Below are positions 28,812 to 38,237 of a stretch of DNA of 64,000 bases, piece after piece. Positions within the stretch are counted from its first letter, which is position 1. Each line of letters starts with the position of its first letter. The position numbers were made by a program, and so were the translations under genes. The notes beneath the pieces were generated by a model. The model ran no database searches. It saw only the letters and a program-made list of their open reading frames with translations, and was not told where the DNA came from. Source of the DNA: Myxococcota bacterium (GTDB taxonomy: Bacteria > Myxococcota_A > Polyangia > Nannocystales > Nannocystaceae); assembly GCA_039028615.1 (NCBI GenBank), contig JBCCHT010000014.1, forward strand, positions 32,001 to 96,000, read 5' to 3'.

Positions 28812-29642
28812 ATGGCGCACATCCTGGTCTACCTGCAACGAACCCCCGGGGGCCTGCACCCCGCGAGTGCCGTTGCGCTGTGCCGCGCACGAGACATCGC
28901 CAGCGATCGCGGGGCGAGCCTCACCTCCGTGTGTCCGGGCGACGCGGGGGCGGTCGACAAGGGCTTGGCCACCGCCGCCAGCCGCTTCGGGGCCGATGTG
29001 CTGGTCTTCGGCGGCCCCAAGGGCCTGCTGGCGCTGTTCGAGCAGCTCAACCCGGTTCATGTGCTGGTGCCGTGGACCGACGAGGGTCTGCAGGCGGCGA
29101 CCGACCTTCCCTCTGGCCCCGCGGTGCCCCGCTGGCTGAACACCCGCCAGCCCGCCTGGGGCGGCGCCGACTCGGTCACCGCGGTCGTGGCCGGTACCCT
29201 GCCCTGGCACGCGTACTCCGAGCCGCTCGAGGCCGAGTACCAAGCCGACGTCGACGACGCGACGCTCCCCGATTGGCTGGCCGAAGTCCGCCAAAAAGAG
29301 GAAAACCCCTCGTTTGGGATCGGCGACGGACCGATACGCTGGGTCGGCACTGCGACGCCCGACGATCGCACCACCGCCGCGCTCGCCCGCTTGGGCGCAG
29401 AGCCGGCGCCCAGCCCCGCCGAGGCGGTGGCCGACCAGGGCACCGTGTTGTGGATCTCGTCCGAGCCCGTGCCCGAAGCCCTGGCGAACCGCCCGCCCGG
29501 GCTGCGCCTGGTGGTCCTGCCCGACGAGGGCGCCACCAGCCTCGATCCGAGCTGGCGTAGCGCGGACTGGGTCCTGCCCGGGCCGGCCGCGACCGCGCTC
29601 GCGGCCATCGCCGACAGCCCCTGGGCCCCGTCGCGCGGATGA
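28812..29642 (+). CDS. Degenerate electron-transfer flavoprotein alpha-like protein
   Basis: N-terminus ILVYL....GGLHPAS..AL..AR.IA...GA...FGAD.L and C-terminus ADWVLPG resemble ETF-alpha; the FAD-binding motifs are not recognisable. Confidence 0.5.
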   Translation: MAHILVYLQRTPGGLHPASAVALCRARDIASDRGASLTSVCPGDAGAVDKGLATAASRFGADVLVFGGPKGLLALFEQLNPVHVLVPWTDEGLQAATDLPSGPAVPRWLNTRQPAWGGADSVTAVVAGTLPWHAYSEPLEAEYQADVDDATLPDWLAEVRQKEENPSFGIGDGPIRWVGTATPDDRTTAALARLGAEPAPSPAEAVADQGTVLWISSEPVPEALANRPPGLRLVVLPDEGATSLDPSWRSADWVLPGPAATALAAIADSPWAPSRG

Positions 29643-31291
29643 GCGCGCAGCCTCTCGACGCTGCGCTCGACGCCCTGCTCGACCCGGGGCCAGAGACGAT
29701 ACTCGCCACCGAGTCGGCCATCACCGCGAGCGGTTGGCCGCGCACGTTGGCCAAGGTCGTGCCCGATCGTGCGCTGAGTGGCGCGCTGCGGGACAGCGCG
29801 GCCCCGGTGGTGTTCGTGCACCGGGTGGCCATGACCGTGGTGCGAACGCTGCGGAGCCATCCCGTGCCCCTGTTGGTCGCGACCGCGGACGCCGAGGCCT
29901 CGCGCTGGGAGACCCTCGAAGCGCTCGAGGGCACCACCCTGCTGGGGCCCGACGCCCAGGTGCGTCGCCATGGCGAGGGACCCTCGGTGTGCTGTGCCGC
30001 CGAAGCCGATGAGCTCGAGGGACTGCTGCGGGCGCTGGGCGGCGCCCACCTGGCGGTCAGCCCCACGCCCTCGTGGTGGTGGAGGTTGCTCGATCGCCGC
30101 GGGGCCAAGCGTCGCCCCGTGGCCGGCTATGTCCCCGCCGCGGTGCTCGACGAGGACTGGGCGCGCTGGGGGATGGCGCGAGACCGAGGCCACGCGCTCG
30201 TGCCCATCGGGGTGCCCGAGGCTCCGATCGACGAGCCCGCGCATCCCGACCTCGCCGTCGCCACTGCAGCCCATGCGCTCGAGCGCCTCACCGGTCCCGT
30301 GTTTCCGAGCCCGCGGGTCATCGCCACCGTGCTCGAGGGGCAGCGTGGGACCTCGACACCGGCGCGGCAAAAGTCCCACGACGCGGCGATCTGGCAGCAG
30401 GCCCGACGCGCGCTGCCCATGACCGGCGCGGTGGTGGGCATGGAAGGCGCTCGGCCCGAGCTCGCCACCCAGGTGGCCACCGCCGCGTTCTTGGCCCAGC
30501 GAGCCTTGCTGCGAGTCGATGCCGCCAAAGCGGCGCTGCGCTCGAGCATCTCGTCCCCCGCCCCCGCCGACGCCGATGGGCTCGAGCGCGCGCAGCAAGT
30601 ACTGGTCTCGGCCGGGCAGACGCTGACCGATCACGAGAGCAAGGTCGTGCTGCGCGGGTTCGGGATCGAGGTTACGCGCCAGGCAGTGGCCTCCTCGGCC
30701 AGCGGCGCCGCGGGCTTTGCCGACCGCATCGGCTTCCCCGTGGTGCTCAAGGCGCTCAGCCCCGATCTGCGCCGTCGCGCGGAGATCGGCGCGGTGCAGC
30801 TGTCCATTCCCACCGCGGCCGCCGTGCGGCGAGCCTACGCGGACGTGGTGGATGCAGTGGAGCGCAACGCTCCCACCGCTCGGCTCGATGGCGTGCTCGT
30901 GGCCGAGATGGTCGACCCCGGGCTCGACCTGCACTGCGGCGCGATTCGACTGCCCCAGGGCGGCATCGCGCTGTTCGGCCGCTGCGTGGGCCAGCCCGCC
31001 CCCGTGGAGCCCGTGCTCAGCTTGTCCCCGCTCGCCCCCGACGACGCCCGCTTGCTCGCTCACGCGATTTTGGGCCGGGTACCGGTACCCGCCCTACGAC
31101 GTGCGACGGATCCCGACACCGACGACCTCGCAATGCTGCTGATGCGCCTGGACATGATCGTCCAAGAACACGCCGACCGCATCGAGCTGGTAGAGCTTCG
31201 GCCGCTGCGTCTGCTCTCCGACGGCTCCGAGCGCCGCTACGTCACCCTGGACGCGCGCATCATCCAGCAGCCCCACCTCCAAGGACGCTGA
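29639..31291 (+). CDS. Acyl-CoA synthetase (NDP-forming)-like protein with C-terminal ATP-grasp domain, degenerate
   Basis: LTDHESKVVLRGFGI...ADRIGFPVVLKALSPD...GAVQL...GVLVAEMV...LDARI; the usual HKSDxGGV is replaced by RRAEIGAV. Confidence 0.7.
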   Translation: MSAQPLDAALDALLDPGPETILATESAITASGWPRTLAKVVPDRALSGALRDSAAPVVFVHRVAMTVVRTLRSHPVPLLVATADAEASRWETLEALEGTTLLGPDAQVRRHGEGPSVCCAAEADELEGLLRALGGAHLAVSPTPSWWWRLLDRRGAKRRPVAGYVPAAVLDEDWARWGMARDRGHALVPIGVPEAPIDEPAHPDLAVATAAHALERLTGPVFPSPRVIATVLEGQRGTSTPARQKSHDAAIWQQARRALPMTGAVVGMEGARPELATQVATAAFLAQRALLRVDAAKAALRSSISSPAPADADGLERAQQVLVSAGQTLTDHESKVVLRGFGIEVTRQAVASSASGAAGFADRIGFPVVLKALSPDLRRRAEIGAVQLSIPTAAAVRRAYADVVDAVERNAPTARLDGVLVAEMVDPGLDLHCGAIRLPQGGIALFGRCVGQPAPVEPVLSLSPLAPDDARLLAHAILGRVPVPALRRATDPDTDDLAMLLMRLDMIVQEHADRIELVELRPLRLLSDGSERRYVTLDARIIQQPHLQGR

Positions 31292-31329
31292 CATCTCGCG
31301 GCAGGAGGCCGTGATATGTAGTTTTCACG

Positions 31330-32073
31330 ATGTCAGACCTGGGTACGGCCGCCTCGAAGATCGGCGACAAGATCGTCGACATCCTCGACATCTTCGACCT
31401 GTCGTTCTTCATCTCGGGAGCGGTGGGCATCGGGGCCTTGCTGGTGACCCTGCCCGACGGCAGCTCGCTCAACCCGCTACGAACCGAGGCGCTGTCGGGC
31501 GGAGCCTCGTTCGTGCTGGTGCTCGGGGCCTACGTGGTCGGCCTCATCTGCTTCGCGGTGGGTCGCCCCTTCCGCGGTCGCCTCGCCCGGTGGAGCAAGA
31601 TGTCACTCGACCACGAGGTCTTCCACGCCGCCCTCGAAGGCCAGCGCCTCGATGGTGAGGCTAGCGAAGCTCTGCGTCGGCACTTCGGCCACGACCCCAC
31701 CGAGACCAGCCCGGCCATGCGCACCGCGGCCTATACCCGCATGTGGGTGCACGTTCGCAGCTACCCCGAGCTGACCGAGTCCTTCAACTTGCTGCGACGC
31801 TACTGGATCCTGACCGCCAGCTACGACGGCGTGGCCACGGCCATCCTGCTGTGGCTCATCCCGCTGTTCCTCGGGCGCTTCGGTGACCCGCTGAGCACCG
31901 TGACGCCCTGGTTCGCCGCGGTGGGGCTCATCTGCGCGGCACTGTTTTGCTGGCACCGCGCGCTGGTGCACAAGCACTATCAGATCCAGGAGTTGGTCGC
32001 GACGGTCGCCCACTGGCTGACCTTGGTCGGGCACCACAAGATTCCGCGGGCCAGCGCGCCCGATCCGGAGTGA
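31330..32073 (+). CDS. Hypothetical membrane protein (about 4 TM)
   Basis: 247-aa ORF with two pairs of hydrophobic segments. Confidence 0.7.
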   Translation: MSDLGTAASKIGDKIVDILDIFDLSFFISGAVGIGALLVTLPDGSSLNPLRTEALSGGASFVLVLGAYVVGLICFAVGRPFRGRLARWSKMSLDHEVFHAALEGQRLDGEASEALRRHFGHDPTETSPAMRTAAYTRMWVHVRSYPELTESFNLLRRYWILTASYDGVATAILLWLIPLFLGRFGDPLSTVTPWFAAVGLICAALFCWHRALVHKHYQIQELVATVAHWLTLVGHHKIPRASAPDPE

Positions 32074-32169
32074 GCCCGGGCCGAACCGAGTGCGGCGCGT
32101 CGGCGCGCGCCATCGGTCGTGCCCGATGACCCCCGACGCTCGCCGCTCGGTTCGTCTCGCTCGCCTGTG

Positions 32170-33213
32170 CTAACGGGCCATCGCGGCTTCGAGATCGGCG
32201 AGCCGCTGCCCCTGGGCCTCGAGGCGCGCGGCCTGATCCTTGACCACGCGGGTGAGGATGGCGACCACGTCCATGGGGCTTATCGCGTCGCGCCGCGCGT
32301 TGGTGGCCATGTCGGGCATGTCCTCGGCGATGAAGCCCACGTGGGACGTCTCGGGATCGGACTTGTAGCGGAAGCGGACGGGGTTCATGACCCGTAACGC
32401 CGCGGCCGCGGCATCGGACGCCAGCTCGCGAATGTTCTGCTTGAGCACGCGCGACGAGGCGTTGGTAAAGACCCCGCCTGCGGTCACGTGCGCGCCGCTG
32501 GCGAGCTGCAGCGGGTGCGTGGGCCCAGTGACGCCGATCCCCACGTTGCCCGCGTCGCTGACGACCATCTTGTCGACGTTGCCGACTCGGAAGCCGATGT
32601 GGCCCCCGCCGGGCTTCTTGTTGAGCAACGTGGTTCGCCCGTCTTGGTTCTGCAACAGCGCATAGGCCTGCTGGTTGGCGTTGTTCGCATGAGCAAAGCC
32701 CACCCAGCCCGAGAAGCCCATGGTGCCGGCCGTCACGTCGCGATAGTTCGAGGCCGTGATGGTGCCCGTGGCCTGAAGATCACCCGTCTCGCCGATCGTC
32801 ACCTTGTCGACATTGCCGACCCGAAACGCGATCTTCCCCGGGCCCGGTTTCTTGTTGAGCAGCGTGGTTTGCCCGTCTCGGCTCTGCAACAGAGCATAGG
32901 CCTGCTGATTGGCGTTGTCCGCATGGGCAAAGCCCACCCAATTCGGGAAGCCCATGTCGCCGGCCGTCACATCGCGAAAGTTCGAGGCCGTGACGGTCCC
33001 GACCGTGTCGACGTCACCATCATCGTTGATCTTGATCTTGTCTCGGTTGTCGACGCGGATCCCGATGTGCCCTCCGCCCGACTTCTTGTTGATCAGGGTC
33101 GTCTGCCCGTTGGCGTTCTGAAGCAGTGCGTAGCCCTCTTTCGTGGCCGAGTTTTCGTGGGCGAACCCTGCCCAGCTGGGGCCGAAGCCCATGTCTCCGA
33201 TTTTTGCGTTCAT
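32170..33213 (-). CDS. Tail-fibre-like protein: three 77-aa repeats plus a C-terminal S74 intramolecular chaperone
   Basis: Three GxMGF..W.GFAH...A....YALLQ...G.T.L.NKK.G.G.I..RV.N.DK repeats; GNVGIGVTGP; SSRVLKQNI...NPVRFRYK...VGFIAED; coiled-coil end. Confidence 0.85.
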   Translation of the reverse strand: MNAKIGDMGFGPSWAGFAHENSATKEGYALLQNANGQTTLINKKSGGGHIGIRVDNRDKIKINDDGDVDTVGTVTASNFRDVTAGDMGFPNWVGFAHADNANQQAYALLQSRDGQTTLLNKKPGPGKIAFRVGNVDKVTIGETGDLQATGTITASNYRDVTAGTMGFSGWVGFAHANNANQQAYALLQNQDGRTTLLNKKPGGGHIGFRVGNVDKMVVSDAGNVGIGVTGPTHPLQLASGAHVTAGGVFTNASSRVLKQNIRELASDAAAAALRVMNPVRFRYKSDPETSHVGFIAEDMPDMATNARRDAISPMDVVAILTRVVKDQAARLEAQGQRLADLEAAMAR

Positions 33214-33300
33214 CGTGTCCTGTTGTCCTCGCGTGATTCCCGAGGGTCGGGGAGGACTTCCCTCGCCGGCCCCGGGTAGACCTCGTGCGTCACTCCGGCA

Positions 33301-33327
33301 GTCCGTCTCGCGGCCGAGCTGTTCCCC
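33301..33327 (-). promoter_or_regulatory. Putative ECF sigma promoter GGGGAACAGC-N12-CGGAC, copy 1 (upstream of the fibre gene)
   Basis: Both boxes and the 12-bp spacing are identical to 37548..37574; preceded by a T-run. Confidence 0.7.
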
Positions 33328-33366
33328 TACCGAGAAAAAAGGTCCGAGTTTTCTTCGCGAAGGCGG

Positions 33367-34341
33367 CTAGGTGCCGCGGAGCGCCAGCGTGACCGGGGTG
33401 CCTTGGTGTCCGACCACGAACACCTTCCACGACACGGAGCTCTGGCTGTCGACCGCCAGCTGCCACGCGTCGTCGTTCCAGGGGTACACGGGCGCACGCG
33501 TGGTGCCGACCCGCCGGGTCTGCTCCGCCACGAAGGTATGGGCGATGCTGGGGTCTTCGTTCTTCACGGTGACGTCGAGTTCACTCGTTGCGCTCGAGTA
33601 CGTGCACGTCATGGCTCCCGAGATGGGCTCCGCCCGTCCGCCCGCGGGTAGGTACTTCCAGCTCGGCGTCCCGCTGCTGGTGCTGTACAGCAGTTCGCAG
33701 TCCTCGCAGGCCTGCTCCAAGCTACCCGTGGGGGGATTGGGACACGCACCACCGGCCGTCCCCGTATTGCCCTTCTTGATGTGGAAGACCGGATCCCCCG
33801 GAGGCACCGAGATGTCCCAGTCGTCACAGGAGTCCTGAGTCCAGCTGAAGGGCAACAGCTTGTGGCCGCCGCCCGCCACCTCCCACGACCCCTCGAAGGT
33901 CGCGCTGATGATCGCGCCGGTCGTGTTGTGCACGAGGGCCCGAACCACGGTCCCGTCGGGCTGGCTGAACGCAATGGTCCCGTCGGTGGGGTTGGACCAC
34001 GAAGCGTTGGGTGGCGGGGCGTCGTCATCGTTGCCGGACGCCGACGGCCCCGAGTAATACTGCCAGCCTCCACCGTCCCACTTGAGCCAGATCCGCACCA
34101 CCGTCGGCGTCTGCACGGCGAGCTCGACTCCGGGCTTCGGTGATGTGTCGCCCCCCACCGCGGCCTCTACCTTCTTCTTGGCCTCCTTGGCCTTGTCCGC
34201 GGCCTTGGAGGCCGCCTCTTCGGCTCCTTTGGAGTCACAGCCGAACGATGAGGCTCCCACGGCCAGCGAGGCTGCGAGTAGCGAGATGAACAGGGGCCCG
34301 CGCGGGGCGATTGAATGTGACGCGTCGTTCGATTGGATCAC
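33367..34341 (-). CDS. Hypothetical secreted/lipoprotein, beta-rich
   Basis: Signal with possible lipobox SFGC; 21 bp downstream of the kinase on the same strand. Confidence 0.7.
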   Translation of the reverse strand: MIQSNDASHSIAPRGPLFISLLAASLAVGASSFGCDSKGAEEAASKAADKAKEAKKKVEAAVGGDTSPKPGVELAVQTPTVVRIWLKWDGGGWQYYSGPSASGNDDDAPPPNASWSNPTDGTIAFSQPDGTVVRALVHNTTGAIISATFEGSWEVAGGGHKLLPFSWTQDSCDDWDISVPPGDPVFHIKKGNTGTAGGACPNPPTGSLEQACEDCELLYSTSSGTPSWKYLPAGGRAEPISGAMTCTYSSATSELDVTVKNEDPSIAHTFVAEQTRRVGTTRAPVYPWNDDAWQLAVDSQSSVSWKVFVVGHQGTPVTLALRGT

Positions 34342-34362
34342 GGTGTCGTTTGTCCTGGTGGC

Positions 34363-37329
34363 TCATTCGTTTCGGGTTTTTGACAGCAACAATCGATGGG
34401 CCAGTGCCGCGCGCTCGTCGAAGCCCAAGGTCTCGAAGCCCTGGGCCGCAAGCCGAGCGAGCTCCCGAACGCGCGTCGGCTCCTCGCCCAAGGCACCCAG
34501 CGTGCGGGCGAGGGCCAGTCGCGCGTCGGCGAGTTCGAATGGCTCCGACGGCGGGCGCAGCAACAGCTCGAGCGCGCGCTCCAACGCCGGCCGCGCCTCG
34601 TCCGGGCGACCGAGCGCCAACAACGACTGGCCGCGACCTTTGTGGGCAGTCGCCAGCATTGGGTGGTCCTCGGGCAATGCGATCCCCATGATGGCGAGCG
34701 CTCGCACGTATTCGTCCAAGGCCCGAGCATGTTCGCCCAGCGCGGCGCGAGACTCGGCGATATTCGAATGCAACAACGCGACCTCGGCGTGCGCGGGCCC
34801 GTACACCGAAAGACCGACCGCCAGCGCCCGCTCGTAGGCCTCGATCGACCCTGGGTAGTCCCCTTCATAAAACCGGGCTACCCCCAAGGCGTTGTACAGC
34901 TGTCCGGTCTCCTCGTGCGTCGGCCCCAGTTCCCGTTCGAACACGGTGCCGACGAACTCGAGGTCACCGCGAGCCTGGTCGAACGCCCCGCTGGCCATCG
35001 CCAGCTTGGCCTGGCTGAAACGAATCCGTGCCACCGGGGCACCGTCGGGTCCGACCGCGGCCTCCATGTGCGTCCGGGCCCGAGCCAGGCGCTGCCCGGC
35101 CTCGTCGAGGCTGCCCGTCTCCAACGCCAGCATGCCCAGGTCCTGCTCGTACTTGGCCGCGAGAGTCGAGCCGTCGCCCCAGGCCTCCCGCGCGGTGGCC
35201 AGCCCGTCCTCCAGGGTCGAGCGAGCCTCTGCGTAGCGCGCGAGCATGGCCAGCGCCGTGCCCTCGTACAGCGGCAGGAGAAGCTCGAGCGCGCTGGGCC
35301 GCGTGGGCGGGATGCGTAGTAGCTCGGCGTAGAGCGCCAAGGCCCGCGCGTGCTCGCCCGCCACCCCGGCCAGGCGCGCCCGGGCGGCCAAGGCCGTGCG
35401 CTGCTCGGTCGGTGTCCAGATCTCGGCCCGCGCCGCTGCGGCGACGAACTCGTCCAACATCATCGTCTCGGTCTCGGGCTTGGACCACAGACCGACCAGC
35501 GCCTTGACCGTGCGGCGCCGAGCCTCGACCTCCTCCTCGGTCAGGCCCTCCGCCGTCGCGCGATAGACCGCATCGGTCAGGTGCTCGGCCGCCTCGTCGT
35601 AGCGCGCGCGGTGCATCGCCAGGTCGCCGCGCAAGACCAGTGCCTCGACTTGCAGCGGAACGAAGCCGTGGGCCCGTCCAGCCGAGGCGACGTCTTCGAT
35701 CTCCTCCGCCGCTCGCTCCAGCGAGCCCTCGAGGAGCCGCACACGAATCTCGGCGACGCGCGCGTAGCCGTCGAGTACCGCCGCCCGGGCGTCGGGCTCG
35801 GTGGGCAATGCGCCGCGCTCGGAGGCGGAGCGCGGCTGGTGGCAGCGGCGAGGTTCCGGCAAGTCGGCCAGGATCTCCGCCCCATGGGCGACCGTGGCCG
35901 CGCTCGCGCTCGCGAACGAGCCCACCAGCGCCGCCGCCTGCTTCTGCTGACGATCCAGGCAATCGATGCGGCGATCCAACAATGCCCCGGAGGCGGTGCC
36001 GTCGACGTGGGTCGCCACGCACGCCTCCTGCCGAGCCGCCACCCAGTCGGTGGCCCAGCCCTCGAACGCCGCGTCGACGGTCCGATGAGCGGCCAAGGCC
36101 GCCCCGATGCCGCTGCCCTGCATCGCCGCCCGGACCTCCTCGCGCGTCGTGTCGTCCCAGGTCCCCGCGAGCGCCTGCGCATCGATGTCGCAGCGCACCG
36201 AAGCATCGTCGCTCGGCGCCAGCGCGAGAGTGGTGCCCACGGTGAGCAACAGCCCGGCACCGATGCCCAGCCCTACCCTCCACCGTCGACGAGCGCGGAG
36301 GTGGCCCTCGATCGTCAGGACCAGCGCCTCGACGCTGGGGAAGCGATCCTCGGGCCGCGGTTGGAGCCCCCGCAGCAACACCCCGCGCAACCATGCGGGG
36401 ATGCGAGGCAACGACGCGTGGGTGTTCGTGGCCCGGAACGTGGGCGGGCGGGCCTCCCCCGTGAACAACCTGCCCCCCGAGAACGGACGCTCGCCGTAGA
36501 GCGCCTCGTACAGCGCCACGCACAGGCTGAACTGATCGGCGCGCGCGTCCACGGGCATGCGCCCGGCCTGCTCGGGAGCCATATAGGCCGGCGTCCCCAT
36601 CATGGTCCCCGTCCGGGTGATCCGCTGCCCCAGCACGCCGTCCGAGCTGCCGTCGTGGCGCTCGTCCGCCGAAGGCTCATCGGGCACGGTGGCGAGCCGA
36701 GAGCGAAGGCTGGGTGCCCCGTCGTCCGAAGCGAGCCCCTCGCCCGAGCGCTCGCGCGCGAGGCCGAAGTCGAGCACGCGCACCCGGGCCTCGTCGTCGA
36801 GGATGCAGTTGGCGGGCTTGAAGTCGCGATGCACGATCGCCACGGCGTGCGCCGCAGCCAGCCCCCGTCCCGCTTGCAGGTACACCGCCAGGCACTCTCG
36901 CCACGGGTGCGGCTGCCGATGCCACTGCTGCAGCGTGCGGCCGCGGACCAGCTCCATCGCGATGAACACCCGCCCGTCCGCCTCCCCTGACTCGAACACC
37001 TGCACGACGTTGGGATGCGACAGGCGGGCCAGCGCGTGCGCCTCGCGAACGAGCCGTTTTTGGTGCGCTCCGCCCCTCGCGTCGCGCAGCACCTTGAGCG
37101 CGACCGGGCGATCGAGCTGCGGATCGTGGGCCTCCAGCACCGTCCCCATCGCGCCTCGGCCCAAGCGGCCGACGATGCGAAAGCGACCGAGCGTCGGCGG
37201 CGCGACATCGTCGTCGAACAACGCCGAGAACACCTTCGTCTTGTCCACCTTGCGCAGCCCCAGCTGCGGACGCGGCTGAACCTCGCCCGTCCCGGGGGTC
37301 CCCACGGACTCGCTGGTTTCGTTGGTCAT
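34363..37329 (-). CDS. Membrane Ser/Thr protein kinase with extracytoplasmic TPR domain
   Basis: LGRGAMG, VALKVL, HRDFKPAN, DFGLAR and GTPAYMAPEQ, then one TM and kinesin-light-chain-like TPRs; probable ATG at 37329. Confidence 0.95.
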   Translation of the reverse strand: MTNETSESVGTPGTGEVQPRPQLGLRKVDKTKVFSALFDDDVAPPTLGRFRIVGRLGRGAMGTVLEAHDPQLDRPVALKVLRDARGGAHQKRLVREAHALARLSHPNVVQVFESGEADGRVFIAMELVRGRTLQQWHRQPHPWRECLAVYLQAGRGLAAAHAVAIVHRDFKPANCILDDEARVRVLDFGLARERSGEGLASDDGAPSLRSRLATVPDEPSADERHDGSSDGVLGQRITRTGTMMGTPAYMAPEQAGRMPVDARADQFSLCVALYEALYGERPFSGGRLFTGEARPPTFRATNTHASLPRIPAWLRGVLLRGLQPRPEDRFPSVEALVLTIEGHLRARRRWRVGLGIGAGLLLTVGTTLALAPSDDASVRCDIDAQALAGTWDDTTREEVRAAMQGSGIGAALAAHRTVDAAFEGWATDWVAARQEACVATHVDGTASGALLDRRIDCLDRQQKQAAALVGSFASASAATVAHGAEILADLPEPRRCHQPRSASERGALPTEPDARAAVLDGYARVAEIRVRLLEGSLERAAEEIEDVASAGRAHGFVPLQVEALVLRGDLAMHRARYDEAAEHLTDAVYRATAEGLTEEEVEARRRTVKALVGLWSKPETETMMLDEFVAAAARAEIWTPTEQRTALAARARLAGVAGEHARALALYAELLRIPPTRPSALELLLPLYEGTALAMLARYAEARSTLEDGLATAREAWGDGSTLAAKYEQDLGMLALETGSLDEAGQRLARARTHMEAAVGPDGAPVARIRFSQAKLAMASGAFDQARGDLEFVGTVFERELGPTHEETGQLYNALGVARFYEGDYPGSIEAYERALAVGLSVYGPAHAEVALLHSNIAESRAALGEHARALDEYVRALAIMGIALPEDHPMLATAHKGRGQSLLALGRPDEARPALERALELLLRPPSEPFELADARLALARTLGALGEEPTRVRELARLAAQGFETLGFDERAALAHRLLLSKTRNE

Positions 37330-37547
37330 CGGACGGAGATGAGGACGGGAGGTGGCCACTTGATCGTACCAGTCTGCGATGCGGCAGCGCCCCGCGGGGA
37401 GGCCGACATTCGCTCGCGACCTCGTGTCGTTCCGGGTGCCGAACTCGAAGCAGCCCGGCGGTCGGCGAAAGGTCGTCGGAGCCCCCGGCGAAAACGTTGA
37501 TCCGCGACGCAGGGAAAGCCTCTCCGTGTCGAGGTTCCGCTTGGGCT

Positions 37548-37574
37548 GTCCGAATCGGGCGAAGGCTGTTCCCC
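37548..37574 (-). promoter_or_regulatory. Putative ECF sigma promoter GGGGAACAGC-N12-CGGAC, copy 2 (upstream of the kinase)
   Basis: Same boxes and spacing as 33301..33327, in the kinase/ECF divergent intergenic region, preceded by TTATTTT. Confidence 0.7.
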
Positions 37575-37615
37575 CGTTCGGAAAATAATTTCGATCGGGG
37601 TGGTACCGTGCCCAG

Positions 37616-38233
37616 GTGCCGAGCGACGCAGAGCTGCTCACCGAGTGGCGGGCCGGGGAGGCCAGTGCAGGCCAGGCGCTATTCGAACGCTATTTCGACC
37701 AGGTCACGCGGTTTTTCATCAACAAGATCCCCGACGACCACGAGGACCTGATCCAGGAGACCTTCATCGCCTGCGTGAAGGGGCGTGACCGGCTGCGACG
37801 AGACACGCGATTCCGCTCCTACCTGTTCAGCACGGCCTACAACGTGCTCAAGAAGCACTACGGTCGCATCTGCGACCCGCGGATGGCCCAGCCGCTCGAG
37901 TCGCAGTCGGCCGAGGATCTCTCCCCCGGCCCCAGCACGCTGCTGCGGAACGACGAGCGCGCGCGACTTCTGCTCGAAGCCCTGCGTCGCATCCCCCTGG
38001 AGCAGCAGGTGGTGCTGGAGATGACCTACTGGGAGGGCATGTCGTCGGCGGAGATCGGCGAGGTGCTGGGGCTGCCGTCCGCCACGGTACGGACTCGAGC
38101 CTACCGGGGGCGGGACAAGCTCTTGGATCTGCTGTCTCGAGCCGCCGAGGGCGAGGACGATCGGGCCCTGGACCCGCAGCGCCTCGACGCCCTGGCCAGC
38201 CGGGTTCGCGGGTTGATGGACGGCGAGCTCTAG
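37616..38233 (+). CDS. ECF sigma-70 factor
   Basis: SDAELL..WRAG...A...LFERY...EDLIQETF...FRSYLF..A.N; region 4 LEMTYWEGMSSAEIGEVLGLPSATVRTRAYRGR. Confidence 0.93.
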   Translation: MPSDAELLTEWRAGEASAGQALFERYFDQVTRFFINKIPDDHEDLIQETFIACVKGRDRLRRDTRFRSYLFSTAYNVLKKHYGRICDPRMAQPLESQSAEDLSPGPSTLLRNDERARLLLEALRRIPLEQQVVLEMTYWEGMSSAEIGEVLGLPSATVRTRAYRGRDKLLDLLSRAAEGEDDRALDPQRLDALASRVRGLMDGEL

Positions 38234-38237
38234 GCTC

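Noticed and set aside
32170..33213. Prophage around the tail-fibre-like gene
   Set aside because: No integrase, capsid, terminase, tail or lysis genes flank it.
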